A stretch of 64,000 nucleotides of DNA from Alphaproteobacteria bacterium (GTDB lineage: Bacteria > Pseudomonadota > Alphaproteobacteria > RF32 > CAG-239). The stretch lies in assembly GCA_017477185.1 (NCBI GenBank), contig JAFUXF010000020.1, forward strand, positions 1,884 through 65,883, read 5' to 3'. Positions 1-9,410 of this stretch are shown here, in pieces (position 1 is the stretch's first letter; each line of letters begins with the position of its first letter). A program made the position numbers and the translations under genes. Below the pieces are notes generated by a model that was given only the letters and a program-made list of their open reading frames with translations, ran no database searches and was not told the origin of the DNA.

Positions 1-138
1 TACCTCCGGTTTGGCGGTGTCTCCGTCCAAAACAAAATATTCCACCGACCAGCTCTGTTTTTGCCGTCCCCAAGCGACAACCTCGCACTCAATACGGTCT
101 TTTTGAATATCCACTCCGGCCGTTAAGAATAAGCCGCC
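1..138 (-). pseudogene. Lambda-type terminase large subunit (GpA family) fragment, N-terminally truncated, running off the window start
   Basis: Minus-strand translation GGLFLTAGVDIQKDRIECEVVAWGRQKQSWSVEYFVLDGDTAKPEV matches the GpA nuclease-domain motif; an in-frame stop near 202-204 and no upstream start leave the ATPase half missing. Confidence 0.75.
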
Positions 139-192
139 GAAGGGATGATCGGTATTCTCCGCGGTATCGGCGTGCTGGAGAAATAATAAATC

Positions 193-220
193 AAAACCTC
201 TTCACTACGAAGAGGCTTTT
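193..220 (-). terminator. Hairpin terminator after the duplicated tRNA-Ile2 3' end
   Basis: AAAACCTCTTC-ACTAC-GAAGAGGCTTTT inverted repeat with A/T tails. Confidence 0.6.
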
Positions 221-223
221 ATA

Positions 224-400
224 TGGTGGGTCCTGCTACGATTGACGTCGCTTATGCTCCGCCGAAACTGCACTCATCAGCTAACGCTGACCGGTGTGCT
301 CCCGCTCACCTTTCGCTTGTTTTCAAACTTGCTTCTCGCAAGTTCGAGCTGTCATAAACTTACCAATAAAAAATCCTACCGCTAGGGTAGGATTTTTTAT
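224..400 (-). repeat. tRNA-linked palindromic element downstream of tRNA-Ile2
   Basis: 224-236 copies tRNA 3' end 401-413 (12/13); 336-348 is an exact inverted copy of T-arm 418-430; perfect 19-bp inverted repeat 362-380/386-404. Confidence 0.8.
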
Positions 401-477
401 TGGTGGGCCCTGCAAGACTCGAACTTGCGACCAGACCGTTATGAGCGGCCTGCTCTAACCAACTGAGCTAAGGGCCC
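401..477 (-). tRNA. tRNA-Ile2 (CAT anticodon, lysidine type)
   Basis: Reverse complement GGGCCCTTAGCTCAGTTGGTTAGAGCAGGCCGCTCATAACGGTCTGGTCGCAAGTTCGAGTCTTGCAGGGCCCACCA folds as a cloverleaf with CAT and encoded CCA; GGGCCC acceptor stem is of the Ile2 type, not the Met types. Confidence 0.92.
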
Positions 478-511
478 GACACCTAAATTAAGCACATTTT
501 ATTTCTCGTGC

Positions 512-750
512 CACAAACATAATTATTAAGAGCAGGCCTGAGTCGCTTCGTAAAACTCGGTTCCACCTCGTTAACTACGCTCCTGTTGTTCGCTCGTAAC
601 GGTTGTTTCGGTGCGCTGTCGCTTCTTACAACCTAACTGCGCTTCACCTTTCGGTAAAAATTAGTCCGCCGGACTAATTTTTTTGCCTCAAACTAACCAA
701 CTGAGCTAAGGGCCCGACACCTAAATTAAGCACATCTTTATATTTCGTGC
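512..750 (-). repeat. Structured element upstream of tRNA-Ile2 with duplicated leader and 5' tRNA fragment
   Basis: ~455-511 is repeated at ~694-750; 529-538 AGAGCAGGCC is the inverse of tRNA 448-457; hairpin AAAAATTAGTCC-GCC-GGACTAATTTTT at 656-682. Confidence 0.75.
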
Positions 751-845
751 TATTTTCATTCGTCACTGGAAGGTAATTTATTCTTACCCTCAAGTCAAGT
801 ACTTTTTGTATCTTTTCAAACGATAGGAAAAATATTTTAATGTGA

Positions 846-1307
846 CTATTTTTTCGGCTGTGGTTTTAAAATAGCATGATTGACTGTTTGTCCTACTTTG
901 ATTTGATGTTTTTCTACTTCACCGGCATTGAGTTCTACAAATGCTTTGGCCGGTGCAGGGGCAATGATTATTTCTTCAGACATTGGTGTTGTTTTTTCTT
1001 TAATCCAAAATATTTTATTGTCATCGTCTATGAATAAAACATCTAATGAAATTTTTGTGTTTTTCATCCACATAGCCGTAGGACGATCTTGATGGCGAGA
1101 AAGATCAAAAATCATACCGCTTTTTGTATCAAGAGTATCTCTATCCATCAACCCTTTTTCCAATTCTTTATCAGAAATGGCGGTTTCTACATTGTATGTA
1201 AGCTCGCCATTTTCTGTTTGAATACTTAAAGGGGATAAGATAGAATCGGTTTTTTGACAACTGCATAAAATTATGAGCGTCATCAGTAATATGGGCATTT
1301 TATTCAT
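846..1307 (-). CDS. DUF192 family lipoprotein
   Basis: GLMDR...GMIF...MWMKNT..SLDVLFID...VELNAG motifs; lipobox-like N-terminus. Confidence 0.9.
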   Translation of the reverse strand: MNKMPILLMTLIILCSCQKTDSILSPLSIQTENGELTYNVETAISDKELEKGLMDRDTLDTKSGMIFDLSRHQDRPTAMWMKNTKISLDVLFIDDDNKIFWIKEKTTPMSEEIIIAPAPAKAFVELNAGEVEKHQIKVGQTVNHAILKPQPKK

Positions 1308-1860
1308 TGGATAATTCCTTATTTGAGTTGGTTGTTAATTTACGGGGAAGCCATTGTGAAACCAGTACAGGACCATTTTGTGAAACTAACATTTTTTTTC
1401 GAGAGAGGTCATGAGATGATCTATCCTGTGTCGCTTGGACAGTCGTCTTATCAATAAAAGAAGCAGCGGCATTAGTGATCGGGTTGCCATTACGTTGACA
1501 TTGGGTGTAGCATGGCATTCGGGTAATCAGTTGTGAAAATTGGGATAAAGAAAGGTGTCCATACTCTTGCCAGATTTCTTCCAAAAAAGAGGAAATTTGG
1601 TTTTTAAATTTAACGGTAGGGATAAACGGCCGCCCTAATGAAAATATTTTTTTTAAGGTCGGTTCGAAAAAACCCTTATCATCACACAAAAAGACGCAAG
1701 GCATCAGCAATGTATCCGTATGCTGTTTAGCATAACGATTTTGCGCCATAAATAGTAAATGGTGTATCTTTTCTGTTTCAAGATAGATATCATCTCGTTC
1801 TGCTCTATTGAAAAACCAATAAGCAACATCAAGAGATGAATCTGTTGCCGGAGTTGCCAT
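1300..1860 (-). CDS. Stand-alone SocA/Panacea (DUF4065)-like domain protein
   Basis: DVAYWF...KIHHLLFMAQ..Y...FLEEIWQEYGHLS pattern of DUF4065. Confidence 0.6.
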   Translation of the reverse strand: MATPATDSSLDVAYWFFNRAERDDIYLETEKIHHLLFMAQNRYAKQHTDTLLMPCVFLCDDKGFFEPTLKKIFSLGRPFIPTVKFKNQISSFLEEIWQEYGHLSLSQFSQLITRMPCYTQCQRNGNPITNAAASFIDKTTVQATQDRSSHDLSRKKMLVSQNGPVLVSQWLPRKLTTNSNKELSNE

Positions 1861-2016
1861 CTGTTTTCCCTCTATTTTTAGCGTACTATAAAATAAAATT
1901 TAAATAAAGACAATGCAAAATAATAAATTTTCCTGTCAATTTTTTATTTTATGCTTGAGTTATAATCATTCTTAAGATATTTATATAAATGTTAAAAATT
2001 ATTTTTTAAGGGTAAG

Positions 2017-3006
2017 ATGATGTCCGGTATAATTAAAAAAAGTTTTTCTTTGTTCTTGATTATGGCATGTTTTTGTGGCTGTAAGCATTATGCTCCGTTC
2101 CCTGAACTTGATAATGACGGTATATTAAAGGCTGATGCCGAGAATGTTGCATACGATAGTTCTGCACCTATTATCGGTAGTAAAGAAATAAATAAAACTC
2201 AAAGCAAGGTTGTTTCCTCTCAAAAAAATACTGAAGCAAATTCGGTTGTATCTGCCAAAAAAGAAAATACTGCAGTTAAGCCTGTTGTTGCAAAGAAAAC
2301 GCCTCAAAAAGCCTCTGAAACAGTAAAAATAGCTGAAAATAAAAAGGCAGCTGTTGCGGCGTCAGATGATAAGAAAAATTTGAATAACTCGAATCCTCAA
2401 GGTAAAAAGGATTTAAGTAAGCCGAATCCGGAAATTGATGATAGTATTGCTGATGATGCTGTTGTTATTGTTCCTAGCAAGACCACACCTTCTGTTATTA
2501 CCGATATGGATTTAACTGAGATGGATGCACAAGACAAGGTGATTAAAACTAAAATAATTAAACCGGTCAGTAAAACAGCAACAATTGTTCCTGTTAAAAA
2601 GGAAATTAAAGAGGTTATGCCAAAAAAAGATGTTGTTTCAGAACCGAGTATTTTTTATTTAGCTGAGACAATTTATTTTAATAACGGAGGTTCTGTTGTT
2701 GATAGCCGTTATTATAACTCTCTCAAGAAAATAGTAAAAGAAGCAAAAGCTCATAATGGTAAAGTTGTGGTTCAAGGGTTTGCATCCAGCCGGACGCGTA
2801 ATGCAGATATGATGACGCATAAAATGGCAAATTTGAAAGTGTCGGTTGCTCGGGCAGAAAAGGTTGCTGATTTGTTGGTAAAATACGGTATGCCTCGTTC
2901 AAAAATTATTACAGAAGGATTATCAGACAGCCGTCCGGTATATTTGGAGGTTATGCCGGAGGGGGAACGCTTGAATCGTCGCGCAGAAGTTTATATCAGC
3001 TATTAG
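2017..3006 (+). CDS. OmpA-like peptidoglycan-binding lipoprotein
   Basis: Lipobox FCGC; Lys/Ala-rich linker; C-terminal IYFNNG..VVQGFAS..NLKVSVARA..NRRAEV. Confidence 0.85.
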   Translation: MMSGIIKKSFSLFLIMACFCGCKHYAPFPELDNDGILKADAENVAYDSSAPIIGSKEINKTQSKVVSSQKNTEANSVVSAKKENTAVKPVVAKKTPQKASETVKIAENKKAAVAASDDKKNLNNSNPQGKKDLSKPNPEIDDSIADDAVVIVPSKTTPSVITDMDLTEMDAQDKVIKTKIIKPVSKTATIVPVKKEIKEVMPKKDVVSEPSIFYLAETIYFNNGGSVVDSRYYNSLKKIVKEAKAHNGKVVVQGFASSRTRNADMMTHKMANLKVSVARAEKVADLLVKYGMPRSKIITEGLSDSRPVYLEVMPEGERLNRRAEVYISY

Positions 3007-3018
3007 CCATGAAGGGAG

Positions 3019-4794
3019 ATGTTAGTGGCAGGTGCTGATAATGATAAATCTTTGAGTGGTTGTCTGTGGAAAGCGATATCTTATGAAGATCGTTTAGCTG
3101 AAACAATTGCACAGCGCTACCATTTGTCTTTTTTGTTATCTTCTATTTTAGCTGCTCGAGGCGTAAAAGTTGATGAAGTAGATTGTTTTCTTAATCCGAA
3201 ATTACAGCAGTTAATGCCCAATCCGTCGGTGATGAAGGATATGGATAAAGCTGCAACCAAAATCGCTGAAATAATAATGCAGCGTCGAGTAATCGGAGTT
3301 ATTGGAGATTATGATGTTGATGGTGCAACTTCTTCAGCCGTGTTGTGTTTGTTTTTGGAAAGTCTGGGGGTGAAATCAATTGTTCATATTCCGGATCGAG
3401 ATGAAGGTTATGGACCAAGCCGGCAAGCATTTGATGATTTTAAGAATCAGGGCATAAATTTTGTCATTACAACTGATTGCGGAACAACAGCATTCGAGCC
3501 TTTTGAATATGCCGCAGAGCAGGGGTTTGAAGTTATTGTTTTAGATCACCATGAAGCAGAAATTAAATTGCCTCAAGTTTATGCATTAATTAATCCTAAG
3601 CGTCTTGATGAAGAAAATGATTATCCGTATTTGCAGTATATGTCGGCAGTTGGGGTGGTCTTTATGACCGTTGTAGCTGTTAATCGTCAGTTGCGTGAGC
3701 GAGGATTTTACAAAGAACATTCTGAACCCTCTTTGTTACAGTGGTTGGATTTGGTTGCTTTAGGGACGGTTTGTGATGTTGTACCACTTCGGGGTTTGAA
3801 TCGTGCTTTTGTTCGACAAGGTCTTAAGGTTATGGCACAACGTGGCAATATCGGGTTACGAGCCTTGGCAGATAAGGCTGGATTAAATGAAGAACCAACA
3901 GCTTTCCATTTGGGGTATTTGCTTGGTCCGAGAATCAATGCCGGAGGAAGAGTTGGAGATTCGTCTTTGGGAAACAAATTGTTATGTTGCCATGATTCTA
4001 AGCAAGCTGAGCAATTGGCTGCGCAACTGAATGATTTTAATATACAACGCAAAGATATTGAAAATTATGTTTTGCAAGAAGCTATAGAAAAACTTGAAAG
4101 TACCACATCTCAATATCCGATAGCTTTTGTTGCCGGAAAAAATTGGCATCAAGGTGTTGTCGGTATTGTAGCGGGTAAATTGAAAGAGCGGTATAATGTT
4201 CCGGCTTTTGTTATGTCAATTGAAGAAGATGAAGTTAAAGGATCAGCACGGTCTATTCCTCAAGTAGATTTGGGGGCTTTGATTATTGCAGCCAAGGAAA
4301 AGGGGATTATTACTAAAGGCGGTGGACATACTATGGCTGCCGGATATTCTCTGAATGAAGAAAAAATTGATGAATTTCAAAAATTTGTTGGTGAATATGT
4401 CCAGTCGCGTGTCGGAAATGAGGCTATTGTACCGGTTATCGAATATGACGGAATGATTGATTTGTCGGGGGCGACATCTGATCTGGCTGCAAAATTGGCT
4501 TTATTGGAACCATATGGGGTAGGGAATAGTGAACCTAAATTGGTTATTCATAATGTATATTTTAAAAGGGCAGATATCGTCGGAAGCGGTCATGTGCGTT
4601 GTGTTTTAAGTTCTGACAGCGGTGGCAGTGTTAAAGCTATGGCATTTCGTTGTGCCGATAATGAGGTCGGACAGGTTATTTTAAATAATCATCATGAAGT
4701 TTTTGATGTTTTAGGAACATTGCGTCGTGATAATTGGTTAGGGCGAGATAATGTACAATTTATTATTGAAGATGTGAGAAGGGTAACACAATGA
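3019..4794 (+). CDS. recJ: ssDNA-specific exonuclease RecJ
   Basis: GDYDVDG, DHH, LGTVCDVVPL, PRINAGGR, GSARS and GGGHTMAAG motifs. Confidence 0.97.
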   Translation: MLVAGADNDKSLSGCLWKAISYEDRLAETIAQRYHLSFLLSSILAARGVKVDEVDCFLNPKLQQLMPNPSVMKDMDKAATKIAEIIMQRRVIGVIGDYDVDGATSSAVLCLFLESLGVKSIVHIPDRDEGYGPSRQAFDDFKNQGINFVITTDCGTTAFEPFEYAAEQGFEVIVLDHHEAEIKLPQVYALINPKRLDEENDYPYLQYMSAVGVVFMTVVAVNRQLRERGFYKEHSEPSLLQWLDLVALGTVCDVVPLRGLNRAFVRQGLKVMAQRGNIGLRALADKAGLNEEPTAFHLGYLLGPRINAGGRVGDSSLGNKLLCCHDSKQAEQLAAQLNDFNIQRKDIENYVLQEAIEKLESTTSQYPIAFVAGKNWHQGVVGIVAGKLKERYNVPAFVMSIEEDEVKGSARSIPQVDLGALIIAAKEKGIITKGGGHTMAAGYSLNEEKIDEFQKFVGEYVQSRVGNEAIVPVIEYDGMIDLSGATSDLAAKLALLEPYGVGNSEPKLVIHNVYFKRADIVGSGHVRCVLSSDSGGSVKAMAFRCADNEVGQVILNNHHEVFDVLGTLRRDNWLGRDNVQFIIEDVRRVTQ

Positions 4795-5495
4795 AAAGAA
4801 ACAGAAAACAAATTGTGAAACGCGCTAAAAAAATCCAGCATATCCGTTTAGAAAAGGAAAAAGCGGTTTTTATGAAGTTAGGTGCTAAGATCAGGGCGTA
4901 TTTTTTTACGGGAATTTTAGTCACGGCACCGGTAGCAATGACGTTTTATTTGGCGTATAAGCTGATTGCCTGGGTAGATATTTTAGTCGGTAAAATGTTG
5001 CCTCCAAAGTTTTTACCTGATACATATTTGCCATTTACAATTCCGGGGTTGGGGTTTGTGATTCTGGTCGGATTATTGATTCTCATCGGGATGTTTGCAA
5101 CTGGATTTTTAGGTAAATTCTTTCTTAAACTCGGTGAATGGATTGTTTATAAACTTCCTTTTATTTCAAGTGTTTATTCTTTGATAAAACAGGTATTCAG
5201 TACATTTCTTTCTAACAAAAATAATGCCTTTAATAAGGTGGTTATGTTAGAATATCCTCGTAGAGGATTGTGGATTTTAGGGCTCGTCAGTACGGCAACA
5301 GAAGGTGAAATAAAAGAAAAACTTCCTGAAGAGATGTTAAATGTTTTTATTCCGACAACGCCCAATCCGACATCCGGCTTTTTAATTTTTGTCCCAAAAT
5401 CAGAAGTTATTGAAATGGATATGAGTGTCGAAGAAGCAATTAAATTTGTTATCTCCGGTGGTATTGTCAATCCGGAAGAGGAAGAAGATAAATAA
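4791..5495 (+). CDS. DUF502 membrane protein
   Basis: FFTGILVTAP, EYPRRG, VFIPTTPNPTSGF motifs. Confidence 0.92.
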   Translation: MKRNRKQIVKRAKKIQHIRLEKEKAVFMKLGAKIRAYFFTGILVTAPVAMTFYLAYKLIAWVDILVGKMLPPKFLPDTYLPFTIPGLGFVILVGLLILIGMFATGFLGKFFLKLGEWIVYKLPFISSVYSLIKQVFSTFLSNKNNAFNKVVMLEYPRRGLWILGLVSTATEGEIKEKLPEEMLNVFIPTTPNPTSGFLIFVPKSEVIEMDMSVEEAIKFVISGGIVNPEEEEDK

Positions 5496-6880
5496 TGAAA
5501 AATGAAAATTTTAGTAAGTGGGGATTTATTTTAGTTGCTGCAGGTTCTGCTGTCGGACTGGGTAATATTTGGCGTTTCCCTTATCTTTGTGGACAATATG
5601 GCGGGCTCAGTTTTATTTTAGTTTATTTATTAGTTTTATTTTTGATTTGCAATCCGCTAATGGTGGCAGAGATTGCTTTAGGAAGAGCTTCACACAGCAA
5701 TTTTGTTGACGCCTATAAAGTTATTGCTCACAAAGTGGGATTACGCCGAACATGGTTTTGGTCATTATTCGGCGGATGGTCCGCGTTTATCGGCGTGACT
5801 ATGATTATCTCTTTTTATTTTTTAGTTGCTGGTTGGGTGTTGTATTATTTTTTTGAGGCCGTCTCCGGTAAACTTATGGTGATTACGCAAGAGAATTTAG
5901 CGACAGAATTTTCATCTTTGACACACAATTTTTCTATGCAATACAGTTGTGGTTTGATTTTTTTATTTGCGACAGCTCTGGTGGTTGTAGCCGGAGTCAA
6001 ACAAGGAATTGAAAAAACAGGTTTGTATTTGATGCCGATTTTGTTTGTGATGTTTTTGGTTTTGAGCTTCCGTGCTGTTACGTTAGAGGGGGCAAATATC
6101 GGTGTTGATTTTTTATTGCATTTAGATAAGCGTTATTGGGGTGTAACGGAAAACGGGTTTGATTGGCGCATTTTATTTGATATTATAACAGCAGCCTTAG
6201 GACAGGCATTTATCTCTTTATCGTTGGGATTTGGTGTGTTGTTAGTTTACGGTTCGTATTTATCTCCGAAAGATAATTTGTTTGCGGCTGTGCGTCGTGT
6301 TGAAATTTTTGATACATTGGCCGCTTTGCTGAGTGCGGTTATTATTATTCCTGCAATTTTTGCGGCAGGTTTGTCCGCTGATTCCGGACCAGGGCTGACA
6401 TTTATCAGTTTGCCGATTGTTTTCCAGCAATTAGCCGGAGGTAAGATTTGGGCGATTTGTTTTTATTTGTTATTGATGTTAGCGACTATTACTTCAACGA
6501 TATCTGTTTTTGAAGCCTTGACTAATTTATTTATGGATAAACTCAAGTTGAAAAGGTTTGGTGCTGTTTTGATGGTCTTATTGATATCAATTATCGGCGT
6601 TACAATGGTTACAGCATCTTTCAGCGGCGTGTGGAATATTAAAATTTTGGGACGAGATATTTTTACGTTATTTGATTGGTTATCGTCAACTTATTTTGCC
6701 GCGATAACTTCTTTGACAACGGCGTTATTTGTTGGGTATATTGCAATGAAACCGATTATTCATAATATTCGACGCAGCGCAATAGTCACTGAAAATTTTA
6801 TGCGGTATTTTTTAGTGGCATTGCGGGTATTTGCCCCATTTGGTCTGGGGTTGTTATTAGTTTTAGCATTTTATAAATAA
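5495..6880 (+). CDS. Sodium-dependent transporter, NSS/SNF family
   Basis: GSAVGLGNIWRFPY signature; ~12 hydrophobic segments. Confidence 0.93.
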   Translation: MKNENFSKWGFILVAAGSAVGLGNIWRFPYLCGQYGGLSFILVYLLVLFLICNPLMVAEIALGRASHSNFVDAYKVIAHKVGLRRTWFWSLFGGWSAFIGVTMIISFYFLVAGWVLYYFFEAVSGKLMVITQENLATEFSSLTHNFSMQYSCGLIFLFATALVVVAGVKQGIEKTGLYLMPILFVMFLVLSFRAVTLEGANIGVDFLLHLDKRYWGVTENGFDWRILFDIITAALGQAFISLSLGFGVLLVYGSYLSPKDNLFAAVRRVEIFDTLAALLSAVIIIPAIFAAGLSADSGPGLTFISLPIVFQQLAGGKIWAICFYLLLMLATITSTISVFEALTNLFMDKLKLKRFGAVLMVLLISIIGVTMVTASFSGVWNIKILGRDIFTLFDWLSSTYFAAITSLTTALFVGYIAMKPIIHNIRRSAIVTENFMRYFLVALRVFAPFGLGLLLVLAFYK

Positions 6881-6889
6881 AATTAAGTC

Positions 6890-6920
6890 TTGACTTAGAG
6901 GTAACTCTAAAAATTATTAT
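6890..6920 (+). promoter_or_regulatory. MerR-family operator/promoter
   Basis: TTGACT, 19-bp spacer containing dyad TTAGAG-GTAA-CTCTAA, then TATTAT. Confidence 0.8.
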
Positions 6921-6955
6921 ATCGATAAGAAAACGATAAAGAGGGATAATATGCT

Positions 6956-8089
6956 ATGACAATGTGGATTATCATTATGTGGACAACGTTAATCGTAACA
7001 GCGATTGCATTGATTTATTTAAGTACGCGAATTTGTAGATTTGGGTGTATTAAGTGTGTCACAAAAGAAATAGAAACCAGAAAAGCCTTAATAGGTGGTG
7101 GCATTGCAATTGCTTTGTTTATTCTTATCGGATTGGTTCTTAATTTTATCAATGCCATTGTTTGCACTGTTTATTTTGCTTTAATATGGATAGTTTGTGA
7201 GCTGTTTTTTGGTTTTGTTCAAAACATACGCAAAAAATCGTTTAATCATTATTATGCCGGGGTGACAGCAATTATACTTAGTGTTATAGCGTTGTCTGCA
7301 GGATGGTATTTCAATCATCATGTTTGGCAAACTAATTATTCTTTAACAACGGAAAAAGATGTCGGGCAACTTAAAATAGCCATGTTCGCCGACTCTCATA
7401 CCGGAACAACTTTTTCGGCAGAAGGATTTGCCAAACATATGGCTAAAATACAAGAGCAGAATCCGGATATTGTCGTTGTTGTCGGTGATTTTGTGGATGA
7501 CGATACCAGTCGTGAAGATATGGTTGCAACCAGCCGAATTTTAGGTGATTTGAAGACAAAATATGGTGTTTATTTTGTGTTTGGAAATCATGATAAAGGG
7601 TATTATGGCGCAGCACATCGTGGCTTTAGCGGGCAAGATTTGATTGATGAATTGGAAAAAAATAAGGTTAAGGTATTACTTGATGACGGTATTTTGATAA
7701 ATAAGAAGTTTTATCTAATCGGAAGACGGGATTTTTCGGTCGAAAGAGAACAACGTGGTCGCCGCTTATCTATGCAGGAATGGACGCAAAAATTGGATAA
7801 AAATAAGTATACGATTGTATTAGACCACCAACCGACTGATTATAAAAATCAGGCGGATGCAGAAGTCGATTTGGTTTTGTCCGGACATACACACGGCGGA
7901 CAGCTGTTTCCCTTTAACCAAGTCGGTAAGTGGATTGGTGCCAATGATTTGATTTACGGGCATGAAAAAAGAAATAAAACGGATTTTATCGTGACTTCCG
8001 GGTTGTCGGATTGGGCCATTAAATTTAAGACCGGTACGAAATCAGAGTTTGTGATGTTATATATTCGTCAGCAAAATGTTAAAAATTAA
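6956..8089 (+). CDS. Membrane-anchored metallophosphoesterase (YkuE-like)
   Basis: DSH, GDFVD, GNHD, DHQP and GHTHGGQ calcineurin-like motifs; N-terminal TM helices. Confidence 0.92.
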   Translation: MTMWIIIMWTTLIVTAIALIYLSTRICRFGCIKCVTKEIETRKALIGGGIAIALFILIGLVLNFINAIVCTVYFALIWIVCELFFGFVQNIRKKSFNHYYAGVTAIILSVIALSAGWYFNHHVWQTNYSLTTEKDVGQLKIAMFADSHTGTTFSAEGFAKHMAKIQEQNPDIVVVVGDFVDDDTSREDMVATSRILGDLKTKYGVYFVFGNHDKGYYGAAHRGFSGQDLIDELEKNKVKVLLDDGILINKKFYLIGRRDFSVEREQRGRRLSMQEWTQKLDKNKYTIVLDHQPTDYKNQADAEVDLVLSGHTHGGQLFPFNQVGKWIGANDLIYGHEKRNKTDFIVTSGLSDWAIKFKTGTKSEFVMLYIRQQNVKN

Positions 8090-8104
8090 AAAGTCGGAGA
8101 CGTT

Positions 8105-9400
8105 ATGAAGAATAAATTTTTGTTGTATGGCAGATATTTTGTTGCCGGAGTGGTTCTCATTCTCTGTGTGACGGCGTTATGCGGTTATGCTTATCCTCTG
8201 AAAATATTTGATATACAATTTGTTCCGGCGCTTCAAAACGGGCTCATTTCCGGTTTCAGTGTTGCATTTATTCTTTTTGGGGCGGTGATTGTTTTGACAC
8301 TGCTGTTTGGAAGAATCTATTGCTCAACTTTGTGTCCGCTTGGTTTATATCAGGAAATTTTAACTCTTGTTTTTCGGCCTTTTTACAAAAAGCGCCACAG
8401 ACAAATGCTGAAACATTATCGGGTGGCTTATTGGGGGGCTGCGATCTTGTTCGGTACCTTGTGCGGTGGCACGGTCGTCTTGTTACGTATGTTTGATCCG
8501 TATTCCGTTGCCGGAAATGTTTTTAGCGGGGCTTGGTTCGGGATTGGTTTTGCTGTGGCTTTGGGTGTCTTGGTGTTTTTCAAAAAACGCTTTTTCTGTG
8601 TCAACATTTGCCCGGTCGGTGTGATTTTGGGTGTGCTGTCTCGTTTTTCTCCTTATCAAATAAGAATTGATACGGATAAATGTAAAGCATGTGGTTTGTG
8701 TGCCAGAGAATGTCCTTGTGGTTCGATAGATTTTAAGAATCATAAGGTTAATAATGAGACTTGTGTTAAGTGTTTTAAGTGTTTGCCGCATTGTGCGCAT
8801 CAAGCTCTATTCTACGGATTGCCCAAGAAAAAGCCGATTGAGTTTAGTCTCAAACGGCGTCAGTTGATTTTGGCGGGAGCGATGGTTGCTGTGTTTGGGG
8901 CGGCATTTAAGAGCGGTGCGGCTTTGAGCCAGTTGGCGGCGCGAAAAATCAAAAAGGTTATTTTGCCGGCCGGTTCGGAAAATGCGGAGAAATTTGCCAA
9001 TCGTTGTCTTAATTGTAATTTATGTGTGCAAAATTGTCCGATGAAAATTATTAAACCGGCAACAGCTGATGTTCCCTTTGTGCACCTTGATTACGGGGAT
9101 AAGTATTGTGATTTTGATTGTCATAAATGCTCCGAAATTTGTCCCAGTGGCGCAATTAAACGCTTGACATTGGCGCAAAAACAAAGCACAAAGATTGCAA
9201 CGGCGGTTGTTCGTGAAGATGTGTGTATCTCGTGCGGTTTGTGTGTGAGAGAATGCCCGAAACAAATTATTATTAAAGAAGATGGGGAAGTCCCGATTAT
9301 TCGTTTTGATGCGTGCATCGGTTGCGGTAAGTGTGCCTCTGTTTGTCCTGTGAAAGCCATTTCGATTGCAACCGTCGATCAGCAGGTTATTCTTGGTTAA
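8105..9400 (+). CDS. Membrane polyferredoxin (NapH/MauN plus NapG/MauM-like fusion)
   Basis: [13 protein letters not shown] and FCVNICPVG motifs, several CxxCxxCxxxCP clusters, internal twin-arginine KRRQLI. Confidence 0.85.
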   Translation: MKNKFLLYGRYFVAGVVLILCVTALCGYAYPLKIFDIQFVPALQNGLISGFSVAFILFGAVIVLTLLFGRIYCSTLCPLGLYQEILTLVFRPFYKKRHRQMLKHYRVAYWGAAILFGTLCGGTVVLLRMFDPYSVAGNVFSGAWFGIGFAVALGVLVFFKKRFFCVNICPVGVILGVLSRFSPYQIRIDTDKCKACGLCARECPCGSIDFKNHKVNNETCVKCFKCLPHCAHQALFYGLPKKKPIEFSLKRRQLILAGAMVAVFGAAFKSGAALSQLAARKIKKVILPAGSENAEKFANRCLNCNLCVQNCPMKIIKPATADVPFVHLDYGDKYCDFDCHKCSEICPSGAIKRLTLAQKQSTKIATAVVREDVCISCGLCVRECPKQIIIKEDGEVPIIRFDACIGCGKCASVCPVKAISIATVDQQVILG

Positions 9401-9410
9401 GGAGAAAATA

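Noticed and set aside
694-717. Second tRNA-Ile2, or a split tRNA
   Set aside because: Only the first 23 nt are present, and the intact gene already exists at 401-477.
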